NCBI RefSeq assembly: GCF_009914755.1
Contig: NC_060925.1
Strand: one strand, 5' to 3'
DNA: 64,000 bases
Origin: the human T2T-CHM13v2.0 reference genome, Homo sapiens
Shown: positions 50,327 to 64,000 of the stretch, in pieces
How the letters are laid out: the number at the start of each line of letters is the position of its first letter
Numbering within the stretch: the first letter of the stretch is position 1
Notes under the pieces: model-generated
The model's database searches: none
The model's input: only the letters and a program-made list of their open reading frames with translations
What the model was told of the DNA's origin: nothing
Position numbers and translations under genes: made by a program

Positions 50327-50794
50327 TCAAAATCTAATTATTCACTAATTTTAAGAAATCACTATATGGCTGGGTGTGATGGATCAAGCCTGTAATCCCA
50401 GCACTTCAGGAGGGTGAGGCTGGTGGCTTGAGGCCAGGAGTTCGAGACTAGCTTGGGCAACATGGCAAAACCCCATCTCTACAAAGAATAGAAAAAACTA
50501 GCCAAGCATGGTTGTATGCGCCTTGGGAGACTGAGGTGAGAGGATCACCTGAGCCCAGGAAGTCGAGGCTATAGTGAGCTGTGATCGCGCCACTGCACTC
50601 TAGCCTGGGTGATGGAAGTGAGACCCTATCTCCAAAAAAGAAAAAAAAAAAAACTTTATGGCCAGCACAGTGGCCCACACCTGTAATCCCAACACTTTGG
50701 GAGGCTGAGGTGAGATGATCTCTTGAGGCCAGGAGTTTGAGACCAGCCTGGGTAACATACTGAGACACCATCTTGCCCCCGCAACCCCTGTCTC

Positions 50795-51135
50795 TATGAA
50801 CATTCATTTACAAGTTTTTGTCTGGACGTATGTTTTCAGTTCTCTTTAATTACATACCTAGGGGCAGAACTGCTGGGTCGTATGGTAACTTGTGTTTAAC
50901 CTGTTAGTAACCATCACATTATTTTCGAAAGCAACTGCACCATTTTACATCCTCACCAGCAGTGTATGAGGGTTCTAGATTCTCTGCTTTTTTGCTAACA
51001 CTTATCTGTCTTTTATAATATAGACATCCTAGACAGCGCTAATCACTGCGGTTTTGATTTATGTTTTCCTTATGGCTAATGATGTTGAGCATCTTTTCAT
51101 GTGTTTATTAGCCATTTATATATCTTCTCTGGACA
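50795..51135 (-). mobile_element. Old L1M fragment
   Basis: ATACCTAGGGGCAGAACTGCTGGGTCGTATGGTAAC...CACCAGCAGTGTATGAGGGTTC...GATGTTGAGCATCTTTTCATGTG. Confidence 0.85.
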
Positions 51136-51270
51136 CATTTACTAATTTTGACAATGATTTTCTCAGGGAGTGCAAACAGGCAAGGCCCTGAATTGCAGTT
51201 TTTTACTCATTTGTTGACAGAATGGTATAATTATTTGTTAGAAAGAAGCATCCTTATTGATGATTCCTGA

Positions 51271-51468
<198 letters not shown>

Positions 51469-52003
51469 TAAAATTTTTTGTAGAGATGGAGTCTCACTGT
51501 GTTGCCCTGACTGGTCTCAAACTCCTGGGCTCAAGTAATCTTCCTGTCTTGGCCTCCCAAAGTGCTGCAATAACATGCTTGAGCCACCGCACCTGGCCTT
51601 CTAAATTTTGATGCTTAGTCCACTGGTCATTTTCCTAAGAGATTTGTGGAAAACTTCACAGGCAAACTAGTATGAGCAGAAGAGATGAGGATTTTAGGAT
51701 GGATAGATCTGGATTTGATCAGCCTGGCAATTTAGTAGATGTGTGATTTTGGGGATGTTAATTGAGCCCTCCAAATCCGATCTCTGTGTCTGAAAAATTC
51801 CTGACACAGAAGCACCCAGTAAATGTTAGCTAGTTCTTTACTCTTCTTTAGGTAGAGCTGTGTCTAGTATGCTTCAGAAACAGACTGCTGTTTTCTTTAT
51901 TGACAGTTTTCCAGGCAAGGAAAAAAAAATCTCTTTGCATTCTCCTCTCCCATTACCTCTCTCTGTATCTCTTTGATAGTTTTATTTATTTATTTTTTAT
52001 TAA

Positions 52004-52279
<276 letters not shown>

Positions 52280-53125
52280 TGATTTTCCTGCCTTAGCCTC
52301 CTAAGTAGCTGGGATTACAGGTGCCTGCCACCACACCCAGCTAATTTTTTGTATTTTTAGTAGAGACGGGATTTCACTATGTTGGCCAGGCTGATCTCGA
52401 ACTCCTGACCTCATGATCCACCCGCCTTGGCCTCCCAAAGTGCTAGGATTACAGGTGTGAGCCACTGCACCCAGCCATTTTTTTTTTTTTTGAAATGGAG
52501 TCTCGCTCTGTTGCCCAGGCTGAAGTGCAGTGGCGCCATCTTGGCTCACTGCCACCCCTGCCTCCTGGGTTCAAGCAAATTCTCCTGCCTCATCCTCCCC
52601 AGTAGCTAGGATTATAGGCGTGTGCCACCATGCCCAGCTAATTTTTGTATTTTTAGTAGATAAAAGGTTTTGTCATGTTCACTAGGCTGGTCTCAAACTC
52701 CTGACCTCAGGTGATCCATCTGCCTCGGCTTCCCAAAGTGCTGGGATTACAGGCGTGAGCCACCACCCTGGCCAATTTTTGTATATTCAGTAGAGCGGGG
52801 GTTTTGCTGTGTTGGTCAGGGTGGTCTCCAACTCCTGATCTCAGGTGATCTGCCCACCTCGACCTCCCAAAGTGATGGGATTACAGGCATGAGCCACCGT
52901 GCTTGGCCAGTAGTTTTATTTTTATAGTTATTTGGTTACTATAGTCAGACAAAGATTGAGAGGCATAATAAGCTAGTTCTCATCTAAATTTCTTATAATA
53001 TGTACAAGTTTTGCTACCACAGGTATAACACATAACCAGAATTTTGAGAAAGAAACATTAGGGCCTTGGTGTGAAATTAACTTTACATTTCAAGTTGCCT
53101 CCTTTGTCTTTTCAGTACTCTGTAG

Positions 53126-53353
<228 letters not shown>

Positions 53354-54418
53354 TAGTGGAGACAGGGTTTTGTCATGTTGGCCAGGCTTGTCTTAAACTC
53401 CCAACCTCAGGTGATCTCCCAGCATCAGCCTCCCAAATTGGTGGTATTACAGGTGTGAGCCACTGCGCCTGGCAACAGCAATTTATTTAAATATTTATTC
53501 AGGTTGGGAGTGGTAGCTCACACCTGTAATCCCAACACTTTGGGAGGCTGAAGTGGGAGGATTGTTTGTACCCAGGAGTTCGAGACTAGCCTGGGCAATA
53601 TGGCAAGACTGTGTCTCAATCAATCAAGCAATATTTATTCATTCATTTATTTATTCATTCATTCATTCAGTGTCCTCCTGATTTTTATTCCCTATGTTCA
53701 GATCTTATCTATCAAAAATAAATCCCTCATTTAACTTAGTTCTCTTCTTAATCCTTAATGTCAAGTATGTAATATTTTCTGACTTTTTAAAAAACCTACC
53801 ATTAATTTATAATCTGATTTTCACTCTACCACTCTCTTGAGAAATAGTCTCACAAAAGCACTCTTACTTATTTGTAGGAAAGTTAAAAAACTTTCTTAGT
53901 CTTTATCCTCCTTGACTTCTGCTGTAGTATTTGATACCGGTGATCATTCCTATCTTGATTACACTTTCTTGTATTTTTGCTTACCTCTTTCACTGTTATT
54001 GTTTTGTTTTGTCTTTTTCTTCTGTCCTTTGTTGATTGCTTTTCCATCTCCTGCCTTCTAATTTTGGCTGTTCCCTGAGGCTCAGTCCTTAGCACTCTGC
54101 TCTTCTATCTTACTCCTAATCCAGAAAGCCCATTTCCATGTCTTTAGCTAGCACCTCTGTGCATGTGACTTCTAAAGTTCTCAGCTGACCCAAACTGAAT
54201 TCTGGTATTTCCAGCTGCTTCAAGAACATTTTCATTTGTAACTTCTTTGCTGCCATTTTAAATTCAACATATTTAAAATTGAATTTATCAAATCCACTGC
54301 CCTTTTAACAAACCTTATGACCTGCCTATTTCTGTTAATGGTCCACTACTGTTGTTCCACACTGCAAACTTGAAACCTTGGGTCTATTTGAGGGAGGGGT
54401 TTTTGTTTTTGTTTTTGA

Positions 54419-54523
<105 letters not shown>

Positions 54524-54711
54524 TGAGTAGCTGGAATTACAGGCGCCCACGACCACACCCGGCTAATTTTTTGTATTTTTAGTAGACACGGGGTTTCACC
54601 ATATTGGCCAGACTGGTCTCGAACTCCTGACCTCAGGTGATCCACCCACCTCAGGCTCCCAAAGTGCTGAGATTACAGGTGTGAGAGGGAGGGGTTTTGA
54701 AATCTTGGAGC

Positions 54712-55640
<929 letters not shown>

Positions 55641-55706
55641 GTGGGCCGGGTGTGGTGGCTCACGCCTGTAATCCCAGCACTTGGGGAGGCTGAGGCGGGT
55701 GGATCA

Positions 55707-56012
<306 letters not shown>

Positions 56013-57908
56013 TTACACACATACATACACACATACCTTGCATATGTCCATCTCTATGCCAAGTCTTATGTGGTTTTTCCGTCTTCTTTCTACTAAAACA
56101 TTTGCTAATCCTCCAAGTCCCGTTTCTTCGAGGAAGTCTTTACGTATGTTTCCATTCTTTATCTTGTCCAGTTTCCATTCTTATCCTACTTTCTTTTTTT
56201 TTATTATTTTTTTCAGACAGGGTTAAAAAAGAAACCCCTCATTACAAAAGGGTCTTGGTTTGTCACTCAGGCTGGAGTGCATTGGTGCAATGATACCTTA
56301 CTGCAGCCTTGAGCCTTAAACTCCTGGGCTAAAGCAGTCCTCCTGTCTCAGCCTCCCAAAGCACTGGTATTACAGGTGTGAGCCATTGCACCTGGCCTCC
56401 TCCTCTACTTTCAGAGCTACTTTGAATATTATAATTGGAAAGGACTTCAGTTTTCCACACAAATGTAAAAATCCCCAAATCCCCAGCCTCTACTCAAAAA
56501 ATTATAGTAACTAAAATTCTACTACTTCTGAAAGTAGCCCTTTCTAGCGTTGTCTGGAAAATTAATATATTAAAAATCAATCTTCCTTATAATTTTCACA
56601 AGTCTTCCCATTCTGTGTTGTGAACATCACCTTTTTTTTCGAGACAGAGTCTTGTTCTGTCGCCTATGCTGGAGTATGGTGGTGTGATCATAGCTCACTT
56701 GCAGCCTTGATTTCCTGGGCTCAAGTGATCCTCCCACCTCAGCCTCCTGAGTAGCTGGGACCATAAGCATATACCACCATGCCTGGCTTTTTTTTTTGTT
56801 TTGTAGAGAAGGGGGTCTCCCCACATTGCCCAGGCTGATCTCGAACTCCTAGGCTTATCTCAAACTCCTAGGGTCAAGGGATCCTCCTGCCTTGGCCTCC
56901 TAAAGTACTGGGATTGCAGGCAGAAGCCACTGCACCTGGCAATGAGTATCACTTAATGAAGTCGTCACTAGACTGGGACTGAATCAGAAATCCAATTGCC
57001 ACTTAACTTATAGCTAAGTGACCATAACATCTCAGAACCTCAGCTTCCTTGGTTTCTTTGATGGAATGGTGGTAATAAGTAAACTTCACAAGGTAATTGT
57101 TTGGATTAAATAAATAGAATGAGATGATGGCTGATTATAAAGCATAGTAGTTAATGGCAAAGACTAAAATCAGATGAAACTGAGGCCGGTTTTTCCACTT
57201 GGTGACCTTGGGCAATTTACTTAACCTCTTTGTGCCTTATTTCCTCATGTGTAAAATAGAAATAATAATACTACTTACCTTAGAGATGTGAGAGATAGAT
57301 AACATATTAAACATTTAGTACCATGTTTGATATTAACCACACTTTCTCCCAAAGTGAGATCTGTTTTTCCATAGTTCCAATTTTAAAGTTAATTGGAATT
57401 TCCCACAAAGAAAATTATTCTGAAATTCGCTATTAGAAATATTTGGTGTAAGAGAAGGGTTAAATTGGAAATACACCCCAGGAAACACTGGGTGCCTAGC
57501 ATTTAGTTTCCTTTGCAGCACTCTAGAAGGCTTTTCTGACTCTGGCTGGACTCATCTACCCATCATTCGCCATGCTATTACATTTTGGCTCATAGTAACT
57601 CCTAAGGTGTCTCAGGATAATTAAGACTCCCCATCTTCTTGTCCAAACTTTCTAGGACGTTGTTGCATGTTGGTTAGAGTGTGTAATAGATCTGGCATCA
57701 ATTTAAAAAACACACACGTTTCTGGTAAAGTATTATCATTTCACATGTATTTTATTCCAATCTGAAACTTCCTGAATTTTATTATTTAATTGTTGCTTCC
57801 ACTTTTAAATTCTTTAATTTGTGTTTACCTAGAACCAGAGATTTTTATGTGGATAGTATAATAATTCAATATCAAATAAAAATCTGTCTGTTTCACTCTC
57901 ATTCACAG

Positions 57909-57998
57909 GTCCGCAAGCACATCAATGATCTTTATGAAGATCTGCGGGATGGCCATAACCTGATCTCTCTGTTGGAGGTCCTCTCAGGCATCAAACTG
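57909..57998 (+). CDS. MACF1: MACF1 CH1 exon [30 protein letters not shown]
   Basis: Acceptor ctcattcacag|, donor CTG|gtgagc. 90 nt, phase 0-0. The SGIKL ending is MACF1-type (PLEC/DST have SGDSL/SGDTL as recalled). Confidence 0.98.
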
Positions 57999-59740
57999 GT
58001 GAGCTTCTCCTAATGAATGGCCTCACAATTGTGGCCCTACAAATGACATATTGGTCCATCTCATTGAGTGCAAGGGCAGCAGCCATCACTGTTTCATCTA
58101 TTAGAGGGGAGGAAGAAGTAGAAGGAAATGTTGGGGGACTTTATTTCTAACTCAGACTTAGAATTTACAAATTATATAATTTAAATTGATGTATTATATG
58201 TTCTCATTTCTTGATGAAATGAGAAATTAGTTATAATCCTTTTTATATCTGCATGTTTTTGCATTACTTTTTCTTTATTTTCTAGATACTAATATTTCAG
58301 AAACAGTAGATTCATGTTTAAAGGTTTTTTTGAATTAGGTGTATTTTTCTTCCTAGAGCTCTAGTCTATATAGACGCCTCTCATTTTCCAATCTATTGTG
58401 AATTTTTAAAATTTTATGTATTCAGCTAAAGACCTGAAGTTTACATTTAAAAGCCCAGGTGTATGAAGTTATTTTTTTTTCCAAATCATCTCACTTTCTC
58501 CCTTCTGTGATTCATTGAGTCTTACAGATTTGGAGAGCTGCCAAAGTTGTCTGAGCATAGCCTTGGATATAGAACATCTGGGCTCCTTGATTAATTAATA
58601 TGCCTGCTTCTTCCCAAAATGTTCTAACATTGATTATGGGAAACACCTACATATCTGAGGGCAAATCCTGTCTGAGCTTCTTGCCTTGCCAAATGATAGT
58701 TCTTCTACTTGCTTTGAGGGATGGAAATCACCCACTTGTAGGCCTACTGTTTTCTATATTTGAGCCTAATGGGAGCAGGTGATTCCATATGGTTCATACT
58801 CTTTCTCTCATGCCATAGACAACATAATTTTCATTTAGAAAAGTCCAGGGTTGAATACTGGAAATATCTGTGGAGAAATAGAGAACCAAAGAGATGTATA
58901 GCTCAAGTAGTCTGTGAAGACCAGCCCACTCACTGCCTTTCTTAGTCATTGTTTGTTGTGTTTAAGTAACAGAATTTGGCACATTTGATTTTACTGCCTA
59001 AGTGATATTCAGCTCCTTCTAGGATTGGGGCTTGGCTTCCCTGGGTCCTTTGTTTTGGTTTCGTATCTTTTTTTTTGCCTTGCAATAGAATTAATTATAT
59101 ATTTTTTAATGGCCTAAAATTGACAGAAGCTTTTATTAGCATAGCCGGCACATTTAATTTCTAGTTCTTGCTCTCTGGCTCGTGTTTATAAGTCTAATAA
59201 GTAATCAGAATTTTACTTTCATTGTGCTGGACTTTATTCTTCACCACTCACACAGTTACATTTTGGGCAATGTGTCTGGTACATTTAATGAATTTGTAAT
59301 GATTTTATATTGAAAAGTGATCTTTTTTGGTTGTATTGCTTACGTAATAAGTTGAAACTATGTCAATCTAATTTCTTTTCCTAACCTTTGAAAACCTTTA
59401 AGTGTTTGTGGAGATACTGATAGGATATCATCTCTTCACCAAAAACCATCCAGATATCTCTTTGACAGTTATTCTCACGATGTTTTTTCCCCATAGTTGA
59501 CTTAGAAAAGCAGAGAGGGTAGGAGGCTAAGGAGAATTGAAGATGTGTTTCATCATAAGAAGTGTTCAATGTAACCATCTGCTCTGGTTTTGATTTAGTT
59601 TTGTATCTTTTTCGGAGGTGGGAGGGTATTTTCATATTTGTTTTTCCTTTTTTTTAAGTGTTGCATTCATTTCCTTTCCATCTTTTTATTGTGAATTTCT
59701 TGTTCCTCTATTGTGTCTTTGCCTTGGTTGGTGGCCAAAG

Positions 59741-59836
59741 GAGCCAGCAGGGCTGAAGACCCTCCGTCTGGTGAGCATGCCCTCCTGGCGCCATACAAAC
59801 AACGAGGAGCAGGCGGAGGAAGATGATGATGATGTA
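59741..59836 (+). CDS. MACF1: MACF1 alternative cassette exon in CH1 (plectin exon-3alpha position): EPAGLKTLRL (short, to 59770) or EPAGLKTLRLVSMPSWRHTNNEEQAEEDDDDV (long)
   Basis: 80-nt AG-free pyrimidine-rich tract then ccaaag| acceptor. In-frame donors CTG|gtgagc (59770) and GTA|gtaggt (59836); 30 or 96 nt, both phase 0. Confidence 0.8.
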
Positions 59837-61403
59837 GTAGGTCCTCCTGGGGATGCCAGCATCCCAGCTGGCACTGCTGGCACTGCAGGGCCATCAGAGT
59901 CTGAGGTTCTCCAGGTCTCGAAGTAGTTCAGTTACTATTTGCCACCTTCTCATTTCAACTGGGAATTTGGGTCCCAAAGAAAGTAGTTAAAACTAATTGT
60001 GCCTTTTGTCACTGTTAGGTGCTCATGGACTGGGAATTGTTTTTCTTAGCTGAGAAGGGTTGGCACAAAAAGAATAATGGTTTTTGGAGGTGTCAAGTTC
60101 TCTTCTGACCTGGAGACCCATAGCTTTCTGGTGGCCTTGCTGTGTTTTCTGAGTCCAGATTGCAGAATTGTGGAAAATTTAGTTGACAGCATGACAATTA
60201 ATTGCTCACAACTCCACAGTCTAGACTAACTGGTACTCTCCACCTCTCTGGCCTCTAGGTTATCATCATACACCCCGTCATTTGTTTTCAAAACAGCCTG
60301 TTTGCAAACTCACTGCATGGAGATACTCTGGCTTTGCTCAATAATATCTAGTTGCTATAGAGGACAGAGATTTAACTTGCATGTTCTTAGGGTATTTATT
60401 TTTGGTGAGGGGTACATATGAGTAAAGATTAGAGTATAAGAGGAGTGTATTCTGCCTGCAGGCCCTAAATTATAGTCCAAAATCTTTTTCCAGAAACAAG
60501 GATTAGGCAATATCCTCATTCTCTGTCCTCTTAAAATCATTTTAAAAATATCATTTGTCTCCCTTCTCATTGCCTTAGAATCTTCCATTTTATAGGCACT
60601 ATCATCTTCTAAGCCATATTCACAATTAATTTAGCTGAAATGACTGAGAAAAGGTTCTTGCTAAAAAGATTTTTCCTAAACCTTTGACTGAAGAAGTTAT
60701 CCTGTGCCCAGAGAGGCCTTGACATCTCTGTGTACAGATTCTCCTATTTGAGAAGTGTTGCTTAGAAGTGTTGGAGAGTGCCCAGAAGATGCTTCCATCC
60801 TTATCTCTCCATGTGTTAGGGTACTTTTTGCCCATTTTAATTTGGAGCAATGTTGTTCTCTGCAGACACCCGCAACAGAGCTACCTTATATTTTATCAGC
60901 CTTTAATTAGTGTCAATTTGACACTTACAAAAGAAGTGGGTATAATCTAGTGAGAGTGATATTTCTCTCCAAATTTTAGTAAAATATAAGCAACGTTAGA
61001 AAGTAAGCAGAAGAAAATGTTCTAGGGGTAGATATCCCTTTCTGTGATACTCAGTAGGCAAAGAGACTGCATTCACTTTCCAACTGGTAATAGTTGAGCC
61101 TTGGACGGGGTACCAGAGGCACTGGGTAGAGATGGGGTTCTCTCCAGTGGGTTGTATGACATCTGGGATTGAGTGACTGGCATAACTTTCTCAGGAGTAA
61201 TTATGTTGACAGCCCTACACTATCAAAGTTTTGTTTGCTGTGGGTATTTCATGCTGGAGTAAAGGGTGCCCTTCCTTCAGTGGCAGCTATGTTCCTGGGA
61301 AACTGGTTGCTTCCTAATTTTTGCCTCCCATTTTGGATTTTTTCACTTGTTTCTTGAGCATATGTAACTTCTCATTTCCTATGGTTAAAAATCAGCTATC
61401 TGT

Positions 61404-61711
61404 ATTTTTTTTTTTTTTTTTTTTTTTGAGGTGGAGTCTCACTCCATCTCCCAGGCTGGTGTACGGTGGCATGATCTTGGCTCACTGCAACTTCCACCTC
61501 CTAGATTTAAGCTATTCTTGTGCTTCAGCCTCCCAGATATCTGTGATTACAGGCATGTGCCACCACGCCTGGCTAATTTTTGAGGAGCCAATGAAGGGAC
61601 GGGATTTCACCATGTTGGTCAGGGTTGTCTCTAACTCCTGGGCTCAAGCAATCCTCCTGCCTCGGCCTCCCAAAGTGTTGGAATTATAGGCGTGAGCCAC
61701 TGCACTTGGCC
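61404..61711 (-). mobile_element. AluJ/S
   Basis: Alu consensus, T tract. Confidence 0.88.
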
Positions 61712-62193
61712 AAAAATTGGCTATCTTGAGCTCCTTTTGCCATGTTTGTAATAAAGTTGGCTCCATCTACTACTATGCAATATGTAATTAGGACTTTCCA
61801 CCCTTTCTCTACGATAGCATTTAACTGTGATTTTAGGAGTCATAGAGCCAAAGTCTGTTCCCATTAACCTCACATCCAGAATCAAGTTCTGCCACATGTG
61901 ACTGCAGATGAACCTGAACAGAAGCTGTGGCATTGATTCGGCATTAGTGGTCAAACAGTATTCTGTGTTTGCGAGATGCGTAGTGGTACACAAGACATTT
62001 GGGGACCTCAGAGAGCCTGGTCGAAACACGTACAGGCCTGGTCTTAGGGGGTGCTTTGTGTAATGCTCCCAGGCCTGGCTTCTACTGTAAGGAATTCTTG
62101 TGTGGTCCTTTAGTCCTGGAAATAAAAGAGAAAGGGTCTGTATGGTTAAATTGTGTAGCCAGAATTAACATCCCTTTTTTTGTTTGTTTGCAG

Positions 62194-62271
62194 CCCCGGG
62201 AGAAGGGCAGGATGCGTTTTCATAGGCTGCAGAATGTGCAGATTGCCCTGGACTTCCTAAAGCAGCGACAG
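62194..62271 (+). CDS. MACF1: MACF1 CH1 exon [26 protein letters not shown]
   Basis: Acceptor tttgtttgtttgcag|, donor CAG|gtaaga. 78 nt, phase 0-0. The gene continues beyond the window. Confidence 0.98.
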
Positions 62272-64000
62272 GTAAGACCATCACATGCCTTCCCCATTCT
62301 TCCAGGCTGTGTTGGCATTGGGGCCCTATTCAGAGATGTTTTTAGTGCCCCTAGTAAGCTCTCAGTAAATGCTAAATCTGATTGACCCAGTTCTGAGTCT
62401 TAACTTGCTAGTGAGCAATTGTATTCTGGTTAGAGAAATCATTCAGTACTCACACAGAACTTGTGACCTCCTTGAGAGGAAGAATGTTCACGGAGAAGAA
62501 CATGATGATAAAGATGGAATTTTGTGGATGCACCTTAGGTGGGGGTCAAAATGAAGATGAAAAATAAACTAGAAAAGAGATGGAAAAAAGGTGTGGCATC
62601 CAGGAAGAGAGAGAACCAGATTGCTATATCAAGGTGAAAATGAGATAAGGGGGTAGTGTGGATTGTGGAATGCCACATCAGATCTGAGAAAAAGGTCTAA
62701 GTTGTTAAGCACTGATAACTTAAGTGAGCAGTTTAATACAGGAGAAAGATATTTAGAGTATAGTAGAGCTAGATATAGGAAGGGAGAAAGAAGCTTTTCC
62801 TTCCCTGGATGAGGAAGACAACAACCCATTTTTAGACATAGGAAGAGGAGCCAATGAAGAGAGTAAGAATGAAAATGAGCATGAGGAGGAGTATTGGTAG
62901 TCATAGAACGTTTCACCGAGAAGATACCCTAATGTTGTACTAGTCCAGTTTCTTATTATAGATAAAGAAACTGAGACCTGGACAGGTAAATGACCTGCCT
63001 CAAATCACAAGTCAGAGCAAAGCTGAGACTTTAACTCAGGCCTTCTGACATGCAGTTTAGTGCACCTTCCACTATCCATGCTGCTTTCTACACAGCACCC
63101 TTCCTCCTTTGCTTCCTAACTGAAGGAACCAAATCCAGGGATTGATGGATGAGAAGCAGAGCACAAGTGGTGTGGCCATCTTTGAAAAAGAAAAGAAAAA
63201 TACCTCTTTTGAGAGACAAGGAGAATGACAGAGGGAGGGGTGAAGATACAGAGATGGTTTGTGGTAGAAAGAAGATGGATGAGGGAGTCAAAGAGTTCAT
63301 CTGCTTAGAGTGAGCCATATGGAAAATATTTGGGATATCTAGGGTTGCCAAGCAACAACAGGGTCAACGTGACATTAAATGGTATGCATATTTTTGGAGT
63401 CAGTTCATTTTTGACACTCATATCAGTAATTCTCATTAACTTCTAAAATTCTCTGTTTGCTCTCATAACAATTTACTTCTGGTATAACATTTCTTATTTT
63501 CTTGTTATTTCTCTGTTTGCTCCAATGCATTATAGGCTCCGTGAGGACGGGGAATAAGATCTTAACATTTCACCTTCATCTCTCATAATGAATGGTCCTC
63601 AGTTGGCACTTAATAAATATTTGCTGAAATAAATTGATAAATAAAAGTGGTAGAAGTGGAGGTTGCTGAAGTGTTTAGGGTACTGGAGAAAGCAGCATTG
63701 AAATGCCTGTGTGTGGAGCTAGAGGAAGCTGGGGTGGGGGCCTTACTGGCAGGGTTTATGAGAAGAATTGATTAGCTAGAAGTCTAAATCAGGACAAAAA
63801 GTGGCTTTGGTTACTATGATAGAATGAAAACGTGGACAGGTAAGAACAGTGGATTCAAAGAAGGGCAGGGAGATTACTAGAGCCGTTCTTGGTAACGGTA
63901 AAGTCCAAGATGTAGCTGTGCAGATGGCCAAGGTAGGGAAAAACGAAAGTCATCAGAATTCAAAAGGCAGGCAATTTGTGCAGATAGTGTAATATTTGGG

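Noticed and set aside
58600-58782. ORF containing MGNTY... and LRDGNHPLVGLL, reminiscent of [11 protein letters not shown] (duplicated exon or myristoylated start?)
   Set aside because: Similarity is limited to a few residues, with no matching acceptor; the nearby donor is phase 2, incompatible with the phase-0 exons.
59618-59926. 102-aa ORF as a standalone protein
   Set aside because: Explained by read-through of the polypyrimidine tract and the cassette exon; starts at GTG.

Overview
Human (primate), very Alu-dense genomic DNA from the 5' part of the giant spectraplakin gene MACF1 (ACF7), transcribed on the + strand. Three constitutive CH1/actin-binding-domain exons are unambiguous: 38601-38662, 57909-57998 and 62194-62271. 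The ORF track misses a 36-codon alternative first exon at 12429-12537 (MPLLDSSYLPPTIFILTHVLGVAGVLYWKRHARGRA). It splices in phase to the DERDRV exon and resembles the mitochondrial signal anchor of plectin isoform 1b. A second phase-1 exon candidate at 22742/22768-22834 ends in CRMCCM, resembles plectin 1g, and lies in the same order as I recall for PLEC. A cassette exon with two in-frame donors (59741-59770/59836) sits where plectin has exon 3alpha. Together these suggest a plectin-like set of swappable, organelle-addressing N-termini and ABD inserts. The introns contain about 60 Alus (including young AluYb8 and AluYg6), a 5'-truncated antisense SVA, a tailless 5S rRNA retrocopy, a 3'-UTR-only retrocopy, L1/L2/MIR/MER63 remnants and several rearrangement scars. 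Almost all ORFs in the supplied track are Alu/SVA-derived and non-coding. Paralog sequences quoted here are from memory and need checking; repeat boundaries are approximate.
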